NCBI GenBank assembly: GCA_963843795.1
Contig: CAWJLW010000006.1
Span: 2,418,001-2,482,000, forward strand
Source: an uncultured bacterium
GTDB lineage: Bacteria; Armatimonadota; Abditibacteriia; Abditibacteriales; Abditibacteriaceae
Direction: 5' to 3'
DNA length: 64,000 nucleotides
In this document: positions 32,689 to 43,135 of the stretch, piece by piece
How positions within the stretch are numbered: position 1 is the stretch's first letter
How the letters are laid out: every line of letters begins with the position of its first letter
Program-made: the position numbers and the translations under genes
The notes under the pieces: generated by a model
Told to the model about the DNA's origin: nothing
The model's database searches: none
The model's input: only the letters and a program-made list of their open reading frames with translations

Positions 32689-32725
32689 AAAAGTGCGCCG
32701 TCCACAATGGACGGCGCACTTTTTT
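32689..32725 (+). terminator. Intrinsic terminator without the iterated core
   Basis: AAAAGTGCGCCGTCCACAATGGACGGCGCACTTTTT. Confidence 0.8.
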
Positions 32726-32996
32726 GTGTCTCTGCGAGTGTGATAAGCAGTCGGCGAAACGGACGATAATTGTGCGCGATGCGAGAAATCGCTATCCTGA
32801 AATGTGGGCTTCCCGCGATTTCATCTTTTCAATTGTTGCGTTCGTGAGTTGAACGCGTCCACAATTTTGCGCCCGGAACCGCTCAACGGCTCCGGGTCTT
32901 GTCGTCTACGTCCCAAGTTCCAGTGCGCGTCCAATGCGTTGCAAGTACTTGCAGTGGCCCCAATACGCGCCATCACAATTTATAGAGAGGTGTTTC

Positions 32997-34997
32997 ATGA
33001 CACAAGCCACAATCTTGGCCGAACCCGACACTGCTTCAGCTGATTCCATCGATGAACTTCTTTCCAACTCCCAAAATTCCGTCCCTTCCAACGCGCCCGA
33101 AGATGAAAGTGCGCGTTTGACACGCTTAGCCAAACTGGTTTTAAACGATTTTTTAGTGACGCAATTGTTATCGCGCGGAAAACCCATTAAAAGCAGCGAA
33201 GTGCCTGCAGCTGCGGAAAATTTCACTACCACGCGCGCCGGACTCAAAGCCGCTTTGAGCGATTCGGCTCTGGTTGAATTTGAAGATCGCAGTTGGGAGC
33301 TTTCGCTGCGTGTGCGTGGCCATCAAATTCCGCGAGAAGAGCGCGCGCGCGCGCCGCTGGAAAGCACTCTCAAAAGTTTTACGCGTGAAATCGGCAAGCC
33401 GTTGCCCCTCCCAATCATCGTGCGCGAGATTACGCCTTTGCGCGGCACGCGCGGTGAAAATGTGCAGCAATTGGTCGCGCAAAACTTGCAGCACGCGAGG
33501 TGGGCAGTCGAAGTGCGCCCCAAAACCTATCTTCCAGCCTCGCTGCTGCTCGATAGCGCCGCGCCCAACGCCGAACTCATCATTCGTGCCAACGCCTTGG
33601 AAAGCGATAGGGATTTCGTCGCTGTGCAAAATCGCGATTTCCAACTCTCCGGCGATTTGGCGGCGCGCGCACAGCAAGTTTTGGAAGCGTGCGAACGTCC
33701 TCTTTCTCTCCGCGTTCTGGGTTACGCATTGTGGAAAAACGATGTCTCGACTTTCGACGCGCGCGAACTCGCTGCCGTTGTGGCGGACAAGAAGCGGTTT
33801 CATATTTTCGTGGGAGGCATCGTTGCCACGCAAAAACAGATGTCCGCGCTGCGCTCGCTAGCCGAAGATTGGATGCAGGAAATGGGTGGCAGCGCGGCTC
33901 ATATCGATGTCGCGCAGGCTCTGCGCCAGCGTTTGAAATCCGATGAAATTATTGCGCCCACAACGGCTCAATTATCTGAAATTGCTAATTTTGCCACCCA
34001 AAGCGGCAGCGTATTCAGTGTCGATCAAGTTTTGATGGATGTGCTGGAAATCGAACCCGACGATGCCAATTTCATCGCGCTTTTGCAGGGTACCAACGAC
34101 GCGCTACGCGCAAACCGCGAATATCTGCCTTCGGGCATCGGACGCTTTCTGCTGCGCGCCAGCGTGCCCGAAGAAGTCGGACAAGTGCCGGCCGCATTGC
34201 AGCCGGTTCATCTCTCGGTGCGCGATAGTCAAAGCAACGAACTGCTTGATATCGAAATGAGCGACGAAGGTTTGGAAGGCGATGCGGTCGAGTTCGTGCA
34301 CGATCCGCAGTGGGAAGATATCAACGAAGAAGTCGAAGTTAAGCTGGGCCGGCGCGACGAGCAAGTCGAAGCTGAAACCAGCATCATCGTTTTGAATCAT
34401 CACTATGAGCAGGGAACGTTGAAATTGCGCCGCATGGACGAAGATTTTTTCGCCGTGCAAGCCGCATTATCGCGCCTAAATTTGCGCGCGCAAACCGAAA
34501 ACGATAGCGGCGAAAGCAAAACGCAATCGGTTACGGCGTGGGCGAGTCGCGACAGTGGTTTGATTTACGGTCTGGGTGACTGGTATCGCGACAAACTGCC
34601 CGCTTCGGGTGGCGTGCTACGTTTCGAGCGCGACCCACAAGCCTCACTCAATGCGCCCTTCAGCCTGACAATTGAAAAACCGGACTCCGCGACTTTCATC
34701 GACGCCGCTCGCTTAGAAGAATTGATGGAATTACGTGAATCGGCGAAAGTTCTGTCGCTGTTTGAATTGCTGCAAAGCGTGATGGAAGACCATCAGACGG
34801 GCGCAACTCTGCCGACGCTATGGGCCGAAATTAATGTGGTGCGCCGCACGACCAAGCGCTTGCTATGCTCGGTGCTGAGCGCATATGGCTGCTATAGCTT
34901 CAAACAACGCGGTCCACACCATTTCCAGTGGCGCTTCGACGCCGCGCGATTGGACAGCGGCTTCAAGCGCAACAAACGTAAATTTGTGCGCAAATAA
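32997..34997 (+). CDS. Hypothetical cytoplasmic protein (666 aa)
   Basis: Long ORF, GAGAGG RBS, no motif I recognise; basic C-terminus FKRNKRKFVRK. Confidence 0.8.
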   Translation: MTQATILAEPDTASADSIDELLSNSQNSVPSNAPEDESARLTRLAKLVLNDFLVTQLLSRGKPIKSSEVPAAAENFTTTRAGLKAALSDSALVEFEDRSWELSLRVRGHQIPREERARAPLESTLKSFTREIGKPLPLPIIVREITPLRGTRGENVQQLVAQNLQHARWAVEVRPKTYLPASLLLDSAAPNAELIIRANALESDRDFVAVQNRDFQLSGDLAARAQQVLEACERPLSLRVLGYALWKNDVSTFDARELAAVVADKKRFHIFVGGIVATQKQMSALRSLAEDWMQEMGGSAAHIDVAQALRQRLKSDEIIAPTTAQLSEIANFATQSGSVFSVDQVLMDVLEIEPDDANFIALLQGTNDALRANREYLPSGIGRFLLRASVPEEVGQVPAALQPVHLSVRDSQSNELLDIEMSDEGLEGDAVEFVHDPQWEDINEEVEVKLGRRDEQVEAETSIIVLNHHYEQGTLKLRRMDEDFFAVQAALSRLNLRAQTENDSGESKTQSVTAWASRDSGLIYGLGDWYRDKLPASGGVLRFERDPQASLNAPFSLTIEKPDSATFIDAARLEELMELRESAKVLSLFELLQSVMEDHQTGATLPTLWAEINVVRRTTKRLLCSVLSAYGCYSFKQRGPHHFQWRFDAARLDSGFKRNKRKFVRK

Positions 34998-35024
34998 AAT
35001 TGTGCGCAAATAAAATTGTGCCAA

Positions 35025-35074
35025 CAAACGATAAAAGCGCGCTGCAAGTACTTGCAGCGCGCTTTTATCGTTTG
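35025..35074. terminator. 50-bp perfect palindrome centred on the core, between convergent genes
   Basis: CAAACGATAAAAGCGCGCTGCAAGT|ACTTGCAGCGCGCTTTTATCGTTTG. Confidence 0.85.
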
Positions 35075-35081
35075 ACTACTT

Positions 35082-35486
35082 TTACTGTTCACGATTTTCG
35101 AGAACAGCGGTGCATTCTTTGTTCTTGTAATACAACGAAATATCGGTAATTTCGCTCAGATCAAGGCCGATCCATTCGTAGCTATTGCCATCTTTATCTA
35201 CGACTTGCACGTCCCACAAATCTTCATCGGCTTTGGGATGAAAGGTGATGTCGGCGTCTTCGCCGTTGCCCAGCACTTCCACATCGCCCAGCACATCGTC
35301 GCCCCATTCTGCCTGCGTCGAAGGGCCAATATAAATGTTCGTGATAGCGAAGCCAGTTTTATTGTGCAGCGCAAAATCGAGGCGCGCATTATCCGCGAAC
35401 ACGCTTTGGCTCATCAATAACGTTAGCACGCACAGCAGTGCCAGTACAACCAATCGTCCTAACGTTTTCTTGCAATTCTGTCGCAT
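35082..35486 (-). CDS. Small secreted beta-sandwich hypothetical protein
   Basis: Signal peptide, then DFALHNKTGFAITNIYIGPS..WGDDVLG. Confidence 0.8.
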   Translation of the reverse strand: MRQNCKKTLGRLVVLALLCVLTLLMSQSVFADNARLDFALHNKTGFAITNIYIGPSTQAEWGDDVLGDVEVLGNGEDADITFHPKADEDLWDVQVVDKDGNSYEWIGLDLSEITDISLYYKNKECTAVLENREQ

Positions 35487-35715
35487 AAAGCTTCCCTTTC
35501 CACCGAAAATAAAGGGTTGTAAAGGCACCGGGAAAATTTCAATTTTCGTTTATTCACCAAAAGCATGACATCACAATCTTTCCTATGGTATCTGTCAACC
35601 AACTACATTTCAACACTTTTTATCTTGCATCGAATTAGCCAATATCAAGTACGTGCCTGAGATATTTTGTAAAGCTTGGCACCAAAGCCGCCGCGTGCTG
35701 TCTCTGGAAATCCCA

Positions 35716-36948
35716 ATGAAATTATTCCGTTTTTTCCTGATTTTGCCGCTTTCGCTGCTGGCTTCTTGCTCGACACCGCCATCAAATATTCCCCTCGATT
35801 CAAATGTTTCGGCTTCGAGCATCATGCGGCACGACGAAGTTCCCGACGGCGTGCGCCAAGCCAACGGCTTAACGGTTCCGCGCGGCTTTGAAATCACCCA
35901 ATTCGCGACAGGGCTGATTAATCCGCGCCGCATCGCCATCGCGCCCGGCGGCAGCGCAAAAAATTACAAAGTTTTCGTCAGCGAATCGCAGGCGGGTCGC
36001 GTGCGCGTTTTACAATCGAATGGGCCAAACCAAGCCACGAATTCAACAGTTTTCATTTCCGGTTTGCGCCAACCTTACGGCTTGGCATTTCATTCGAGCG
36101 GCTGGCTTTATATCGGCGAAACCGATAGGGTGGTGCGCGTGCCGTATCGTGATGGACAGGCAAGCAGCAAGGTGCGTCCCCAATTGGTCGCACCTTTGAT
36201 CGCCGATGGCTATAACAACCATTGGACGCGCAACTTGCTGTTTTCGCGCGACGAGAAAAAATTGTTCGTCACTGTAGGCAGTTCGTGTAATACCTGCGAG
36301 GAAAGTTCACCGCTGCGCGCGGCGATTTCCGTGATGAATCCCGATGGTTCCAACTGGCGCGTTTTCGCATCTGGCTTGCGCAATCCTGTCGGTTTGGCGT
36401 GGCGGCCCGATAGCGACCAATTGTGGACAATTGTCAACGAGCGCGATAACTTGGGCGATGATGTGCCGCCCGATTTCCTGACGAGCGTTCAAGATGGTGG
36501 CTTTTACGGCTGGCCTTACGCTTATACGACAATGAATGGCCGCATCGAACCCGACCCAAGTTTCGGCAATGTACAGCCCGCCAAAGTGCGCGCGACAATC
36601 GCGCCCGATGTGCCAGTTCAAGCGCATTCGGCAGCCCTTGGCGTCGCATTTTATCCGCTGCAAGTACTTGCGGGTGGCTTTCCCAATGATTATCGCGGCG
36701 ACGCGTTTTTAGCGTTTCACGGTTCGTGGAACCGGAGCGAAAAGACCGGCTATAAAATTGTCCGCGTACATTTTGACAAAAATTCCAAAAACGGGCGCGC
36801 GGTCGAAGTCAGCGATTTCGTGCGCGGATTTTTGAAAGACGGCGGCGCGTGGGGGCGTCCGGTCGATGTACAAATCGCGCCCGATGGTTCGTTGTTATTT
36901 TCCGATGATGGCAATGGTACCATTTGGCGCGTGACCTACACCGGATAA
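35716..36948 (+). CDS. L-sorbosone/PQQ-dependent sugar dehydrogenase-family lipoprotein
   Basis: Lipobox LLASC, NHWTR, FASGLRNPVG, NERDNLGDDVPPD, FHGSWNR, GRPVDV. Confidence 0.88.
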   Translation: MKLFRFFLILPLSLLASCSTPPSNIPLDSNVSASSIMRHDEVPDGVRQANGLTVPRGFEITQFATGLINPRRIAIAPGGSAKNYKVFVSESQAGRVRVLQSNGPNQATNSTVFISGLRQPYGLAFHSSGWLYIGETDRVVRVPYRDGQASSKVRPQLVAPLIADGYNNHWTRNLLFSRDEKKLFVTVGSSCNTCEESSPLRAAISVMNPDGSNWRVFASGLRNPVGLAWRPDSDQLWTIVNERDNLGDDVPPDFLTSVQDGGFYGWPYAYTTMNGRIEPDPSFGNVQPAKVRATIAPDVPVQAHSAALGVAFYPLQVLAGGFPNDYRGDAFLAFHGSWNRSEKTGYKIVRVHFDKNSKNGRAVEVSDFVRGFLKDGGAWGRPVDVQIAPDGSLLFSDDGNGTIWRVTYTG

Positions 36949-36985
36949 TAAAAATGCGCTGCAAGTACTTGCAGCGCATTTTTAT
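36948..36985. terminator. 38-bp perfect palindrome centred on the core, between convergent genes
   Basis: ATAAAAATGCGCTGCAAGT|ACTTGCAGCGCATTTTTAT. Confidence 0.85.
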
Positions 36986-37003
36986 CATTTATTGACAACA
37001 ACT

Positions 37004-37909
37004 TCAACAATCTTTGCCGCCGCCCGCGACGACTTGGGCATGGTTCACCATTGCCACCAGCGCGACGCCGCCCAGCACGTTGCCAAGGAGCGCGGGCACC
37101 ATGTAACCGCCGACTGCTTCATCCCACGAAACTGTGCCGGTAAGCGCCGCATACATCGCTTCGATAGAGCCAGCGATGATGTGCGGAAAGCCGCCCAAAC
37201 CAACCACAAACGTAATCAAAATTATCACGCTGACGCGCGCTTGGGCGGCGAAAGGCAGCAGCCACACCATGAGCGCAATTAGCCAGCCCGCGAAAATGCC
37301 GCGCAATAGCGTCGTGCCGAAATCGGCTTCTAATGCGTGGTGTCCGATTTCAGCAAACGCGCTTTGAACCGAAGGCTGAAAAGCATTGCTGTGACTGATT
37401 GCTGTAGCGAAAACGAGCGCGCCCAGCAAATTACACGAAAGCACAATCGCCCACAAGCGGCACACATTTTTGAAAGTCGCGCCATCGTATTTGTGCAAAA
37501 GCGGCAAAATCACGGTCAGCGTGTTTTCGGTGAACAATTGCTGACGTCCTAGAATCACAATTAAAAACCCGACGCTATAGCCGAATTTTGAAAAAAGCGG
37601 TCGCCACGACACGTCGGGTAGCATCGAATGAATCAAGGCTTCAGCAACAAAAGAAAAGCCCATTGAAAGCCCGGCGGCCAGCGCTGACCACGCCAAAGCC
37701 GAAGAAGGGCGCTTCAATTCATCCTCGCCTTCGCGCTGAATTGCTTTGTGCACAATAGTTGCGCTAATCGCAGTGCGTTCTTCGGCTTTTTGCTCGTTCT
37801 TTTCTACGGTTTCCTGCTCTTCCTGCTTTACCTGCTCTTCATCTTTTCCTTCGTCGCCCGTCCACGCTTTGCTTTTTGGCGGACGATCTTCTTCGCGCAA
37901 CTCACTCAT
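37004..37909 (-). CDS. Formate/nitrite transporter family protein (YfdC-like)
   Basis: LAAGLSMGFS, LGRQQLFTENT, GIFAGWLIA, HIIAGS, GNVLGG. Confidence 0.9.
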   Translation of the reverse strand: MSELREEDRPPKSKAWTGDEGKDEEQVKQEEQETVEKNEQKAEERTAISATIVHKAIQREGEDELKRPSSALAWSALAAGLSMGFSFVAEALIHSMLPDVSWRPLFSKFGYSVGFLIVILGRQQLFTENTLTVILPLLHKYDGATFKNVCRLWAIVLSCNLLGALVFATAISHSNAFQPSVQSAFAEIGHHALEADFGTTLLRGIFAGWLIALMVWLLPFAAQARVSVIILITFVVGLGGFPHIIAGSIEAMYAALTGTVSWDEAVGGYMVPALLGNVLGGVALVAMVNHAQVVAGGGKDC

Positions 37910-38183
37910 TCAAAGCTCCTCTTCTCGCAATTCTTATATCCCGTTTCGGGTGTCCCGTTTCTGCCATTACTCACGATAGCGCCGCGACGGTTTGCAATTT
38001 GATTTCCAAGTCGGCGCGCGATTTCCGGCCATATTCAATGGCTGTAAATTTCCGGCACGACCACATTTGGCACGACAACGTTCGCAACGGTGGAATGTCT
38101 GAACGAGCGCGCTGCAAGTACTTGCGCACGTACTTGCACGCGTTTTCTGTTGTCACAGCGGTAGCGCCGCAGGAGAAGATTCT

Positions 38184-40395
38184 ATGAAACCACGATTTTT
38201 GCTTTCCATTTTGTGCAGCGCGTTGTGCGTTACGAACTTCGCATCGAACGCGTGGGCGCAAGCTCAGGAACAAAAAAATCCACCAGCTAAGGAAAAGAAA
38301 ATGTCTTTGTCTTTGAAAGTTTCACCCGACCAACGATTTTTAATGCATGATGATGGCACACCATTTTTCTATCTCGCCGATACCGCGTGGGAACTGTTTC
38401 ATCGTTTGAATCGCAAAGAAGCGCTGCGTTATCTGGATAACCGGCGCGATAAAGGGTTCACAGTGATTCAAGCTGTCGCACTGGCCGAACATGGAGGCTT
38501 GAGCGAACCCAACGCACAGGGCGATTTTCCACTCATTGACAATGACCCGACGCATCCCGCAACCACGCAAGGCAATTCGCCCGACGATGCAATGCAATAC
38601 GATTACTGGGATCACGTCGATTTCATCGTTGATGAAGCCAATAAGCGCGGGCTGATGATTGGATTTTTGCCGACGTGGGGCGATAAATGGAACAAAATGT
38701 GGGGCGATGGGCCGGAAATTTTCACACCGCAAAACGCCAGAATTTATGGAGAATGGTTGGGCAAACGTTATCGCGACAAGAGCATTATCTGGATTCTGGG
38801 CGGCGACCGCAACATCGAAAACGATGCTCACAAAGTCATCATTCGCGCCATGGCTGATGGCTTGAAAAGCGGAGATGGCGGCACGCATTTGATGACTTTT
38901 CATCCATCCGGCGGGCAAACTTCCTCGACGTGGTTTCACGGTGACAGTTGGCTCGACTTTAATATGCAGCAGAACGGTCACTGCACAAATACCGACGTTT
39001 GGAATCGCATCGAGCGCGATAGAAAACTAACGCCGACCAAACCGGTTCTCGATGGCGAGCCATTGTATGAAGACCATCCGATTTGCTTCGATGCCCCCAA
39101 AAACGGTTACTCCGACGCTTATGAAATTCGCAAATTCGCGTATTGGGATGTTTTCGCGGGCGCAGCGGGCCACACTTATGGCAATCATACGATCTGGCAA
39201 ATGCACGCGTCCAATCGCGGTAAAGGAATCAATGGGCCAACCGCTTACTGGACGGAAGCCATCGATCATCCCGGCGGCGCGCAAGTGCAATATCTGCGAC
39301 GTTTGATCGAAGCGCGACCATATTTCGAGCGCGTGCCCGCACAGGATATTTTGCCCGATGCGCGTGCTGGCGCTTCGCACCTGCAAGCCACGCGCGGCCA
39401 AAGTTATTTGTTCGTTTACAGCGCGGACGGCGCACCGTTCGACCTGAAATTGGGCGCGATTTCGGGCACAAAAATCAACGCGTTCTGGTATGACCCACGC
39501 ACCGGCACCCAGCTTCCCATCGGCACTTTCGTCAACCAGAACACGCGCCAATTCACGCCGCCCACCAATGGTCACGACGCCGATTGGGTGCTGGTTTTGG
39601 ACGATGCGGATAAAAAATTTGCGATGATCGGGCAGCGCGGAAACGTGCCGTCGAAAGTGACCCTTGCTGCACCTGCTCAAACTGAATGGAAAGCTCCGGC
39701 CACGATTGATTTGAAAATCGCGGCCAGCGATGCCTATGAAGGAGTCAAAAGCATCGAATTATTTGCAGGAGGAAAAATCGAGGGCGCATCATTGCTGGCG
39801 AAAAAGTACCGGTGGCACGCTGAATTTTCGCTGGAAAATTGACAAGCCTGGTCTTTACTCGGCTTTTGCGCGCGTGATCGATAACAAAGGTGGCACAACG
39901 CTTTCGACGGTGCAAAATTTCACGGTGGGGCCGCTTCGTTTCGATTGGTATCGCGCATTGAATTTCAACGGACCCGCTTTGAATATTGACGGGCACAATT
40001 GGGAAGGCTCACAGGACGCGCCCAACTTTTCGTTCAACGGACAAAGTTTCGCGAATCAGGATATCGCGCTGGTGCCTGCAGCCGATTCGCCAGCGCGCGC
40101 GCAAATGTTGCGTTCGTCGATTTGGAACAATGCAGGTAGCAATTTCAGTCTGCAAAAAGTGCCCAACGGCGCTTATCAAGTTTTCCTCTATGTGTGGGAA
40201 GACAACAGCAGCGCAACCTTCGATATTTTCGTACAGGACAAGCGTGTGCAGCAAAGCTACCAGAGCGGCGCGGCGGGGCAATGGAACAAATTGGGGCCGT
40301 GGCTGACCACAGTAAGCGATGGCACGCTGAAAGTGAAGTGCAGCGCGGGCGATGCCAATTTATCGGGCGTTGAAATATGGAAATTGGCCGCTTGA
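38184..40395 (+). CDS. DUF4038/GH140 (apiosidase-like) glycoside hydrolase with Ig-like and malectin-like C-terminal modules; frameshift in the A5 run at 39801-39805
   Basis: PFFYLADTAWEL, IWILGGDR, LDGEPLYEDHP, GHTYG in 38184..39842. Removing one A joins LLAK to STGGTLNFRW...ARVIDNKG and the CBM-like domain of 39730..40395. Confidence 0.8.
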
Positions 40396-40556
40396 AAACG
40401 CTTGAGCGATAAAGATGCCTGTCAAGTGCTTGACGGCAAGTACTTGCCGGGCATCTCCAAGCGTTAAATCTTGCGGAAAGAGGCCATTTTGTGGCAAAAT
40501 TGGCCACAGATAAATGTTTTCTGCGGGGTTTTGGAAGCCATTGCGGGCGCTGTGGG

Positions 40557-40586
40557 TTGACAATACGCGTGAATTTTCTTTACAAT
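40557..40586 (+). promoter_or_regulatory. Putative sigma70 promoter
   Basis: TTGACA-N18-TACAAT. Confidence 0.5.
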
Positions 40587-40878
40587 AGGCTCACTTCAAA
40601 ACGAATGAGAACGCGAGCGCGCTCAGGAAAAGCGCAGTTTCGCTTTCGTTTTTCTTTTTTTCGCGCGCTTTCCAATTTTGAAGATTTGTGGAGATTTTTC
40701 ATCGGAACCGCCCGGCGGCCTCACAAAAAATTGCCCGTCAGCAGCGATCCAAATCGCAGTAAGTTCCATTTGATGTAGACGCATCCAAACTTTAGGCGCA
40801 CCGACTGTTTTACACAGTTGCTCATTTCGTAGATTGTTCATTGCGCAGTTTTCGATCATTTTCACGGACAAGGATTTT

Positions 40879-42906
40879 ATGGCCACTCAATCGCGTTTCT
40901 CTCCCTTTTCACTGTTGGCGTTGTTTTGCGGTGCGCTGATGCTGCTTACGACCGCGCGCACGCCGGTTCTGGCTCAATCTTCTGTCGAACGCACGGCAGT
41001 TTTAGATTTTGCCACCGCGCCGGGCATCGACCCGATTCTGGGCCGCAAGGCCGCCGATGCGCTTGCGGTTGAATTGCAGCGCTCGCAAGATTACGAAGTT
41101 GTGACACGTCAGGAACTCGAAACTGCCGTCACTGAGCAGCCCGGTCTCAAGCCGCCTTACAACTCGGCCACACAGAGCCGTCTGGCCAACGCTGTGAATG
41201 CGCGCAGCGTTATTTCGGGCCGTGTTGTAAACGCGATAATCAATGCGCGTCGCTCGGCGCGCGTGCAGATCGAAGTGCGCAAACTTGACGCAGCGACTGG
41301 CGATTACGTCAATGGCACGCAAATCTCCGAAATCACCGACGACAAGCTGCAAGACACCGATACCGAAGTGTTGGTCGATGAAGCCTTGAACAAAGCCGCT
41401 TACGCCGCCGTACGCTCGATGAAGCAGACCAATCTGCCCGAAGCGACTGTGCTCAACGTAACCACCAACGATGTCGAACTCAACATCGGCACCAACCGTG
41501 GCGCCGCAGTCGGCCAACGTTACTCGCTGTTGCGCGATATTGAAAATGCTTCCAAAACCGACCGTTTCGGCAACAAGCTGGTCGAGCGTTTGAAAATCGG
41601 CGAAATCCAAGTGATTCGCGTCGAGTCCGATCAATCGGTCGCCCGTTTGGTCGCTGGCGGCGACGCCGGTATTCGCACTGGCGACAAAGTGCGCCAAATT
41701 TATGTGCCTTCCAACTTCCCGCTCTCGACCAGCGCTGATGGCGGTTCTAGCACGCCGGTAACGCGACCCGTTAGTTCTGGCCGTCAAAACGCCAGCAAGA
41801 AATATGGCACTGGTTTAGTGGGCGTCTTGTTATTGGCCGGTCTGGTCGGATACGCCGGTTTCGGTGGAAGCAGCAGCAACAGCCCGACCAACGCACCAGG
41901 CACGCCAACTGCGATTGCTGTTCGCGCTTCTCCAGTCGCCGATAATGCCAATAGCGCAATTCGCGTCGATTTCCGCGATAGTTTGCCCAGCATTATCACC
42001 GGTTCCGATGTTGCCGGTTATGTGATCTTCCGCAGCCTGTCGGCAGGCTTTGCGCCCAGCCCGGAAACATTGGTCGGCTTCGCACGTGGCAATGTTTCCA
42101 CGTTTGTCGATAGCACACTGCCTAACAATCGCCGCGAAATCACCATTACCGAATTGAATCCGGGTGGCACAACTGGCACACAAAGCGGTCGCCTGGTCGT
42201 TAACGAAACGGTGGGTGGCACGGGTGCCAATGAAATCACTCAGGATGACACCACGCTGACGATGGTTATCAATCCCAGTCCGTTGGTTCCTGGCAATCAG
42301 TATTTCTATCGTGTGGCGCGCGTTGTTGGTATCCGCAGCACTACCACAGATACCAATACCACTACAATTAATTTGCAGCCGATTTTGTCGAACATTTCGC
42401 CCAGCAGTCAGGGCGGCGCAACGGCGATTCCGACACTGCTCCTGAACAACGATTTCACTTCCAACGATTTGGATAACTTCGTGGTCACGTTGCCCAGCGA
42501 CCAAGTGCGCGGTAACATCGATCAGGTCACCGTTCAAGTCAGCACCAATCAGAACTTCCCGACGGGTCAGACGTTCAGCCGCGTTTTCAGCAACCCGCCG
42601 CGCAACGGTCAGGGCTTGGTTGTTCTGGGGCTGGGCGATATTATCGTTCCCGGTTTCGAGCCAGGCGAACAAGCCTTCGTACGCATCTTGTTGAGCGCCA
42701 CGACCGATAACCCGGTGGCCACCATCGCAAGCAGCACGCTGTTGTTGACTAACCCTGCCGGGCAAACGCTGCTGAGCAGCCGCTTTACCGCACCGGGCAC
42801 AATCAACGCCCGCAACGGTGGCATGAGCTTGCCGACCGGTCGCGGTAGCAGCACAACACGCGGTTCGATTGGCCGTGGATCGGGTCGAGTTTTACGTCCT
42901 CGCTAA
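40879..42906 (+). CDS. Secreted/membrane protein with CsgG/TolB-N-like and FlgT-C-like N-terminal modules, an internal hydrophobic segment and beta-rich C-terminus
   Basis: Signal peptide, TAVLDF..GRKAADALAVEL, VELNIGTNRGAAVGQRY..IGEIQVIRVE. Confidence 0.65.
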   Translation: MATQSRFSPFSLLALFCGALMLLTTARTPVLAQSSVERTAVLDFATAPGIDPILGRKAADALAVELQRSQDYEVVTRQELETAVTEQPGLKPPYNSATQSRLANAVNARSVISGRVVNAIINARRSARVQIEVRKLDAATGDYVNGTQISEITDDKLQDTDTEVLVDEALNKAAYAAVRSMKQTNLPEATVLNVTTNDVELNIGTNRGAAVGQRYSLLRDIENASKTDRFGNKLVERLKIGEIQVIRVESDQSVARLVAGGDAGIRTGDKVRQIYVPSNFPLSTSADGGSSTPVTRPVSSGRQNASKKYGTGLVGVLLLAGLVGYAGFGGSSSNSPTNAPGTPTAIAVRASPVADNANSAIRVDFRDSLPSIITGSDVAGYVIFRSLSAGFAPSPETLVGFARGNVSTFVDSTLPNNRREITITELNPGGTTGTQSGRLVVNETVGGTGANEITQDDTTLTMVINPSPLVPGNQYFYRVARVVGIRSTTTDTNTTTINLQPILSNISPSSQGGATAIPTLLLNNDFTSNDLDNFVVTLPSDQVRGNIDQVTVQVSTNQNFPTGQTFSRVFSNPPRNGQGLVVLGLGDIIVPGFEPGEQAFVRILLSATTDNPVATIASSTLLLTNPAGQTLLSSRFTAPGTINARNGGMSLPTGRGSSTTRGSIGRGSGRVLRPR

Positions 42907-42912
42907 AGCATT

Positions 42913-42972
42913 AGCCCATCATGGCAGCAGGTATTTCCACACACTGGCAAGTACCTGCTGCCATGATGGGCT
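42913..42972. terminator. Long hairpin with a variant core after the stop at 42906
   Basis: AGCCCATCATGGCAGCAGGTA...GCAAGTACCTGCTGCCATGATGGGCT. Confidence 0.7.
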
Positions 42973-43135
42973 TCGTAATTTGTCAGCCGATTTTTAAGCG
43001 ATGTTCTTTCTCAAAGGCACGACGGACCAGCAGGAATGTCGTTAAAAACCAAAGCACGACGGACTTATTGAAGAAGTTTAGAATTACAGAAGCTGTAAGA
43101 AACAGCATCTGGGAAGGATTTTGGAGGCAGTTAAA

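Noticed and set aside
39800..39806. GAAAAAG as a programmed -1 frameshift site
   Set aside because: Joining the two ORFs needs a +1 shift, not -1.
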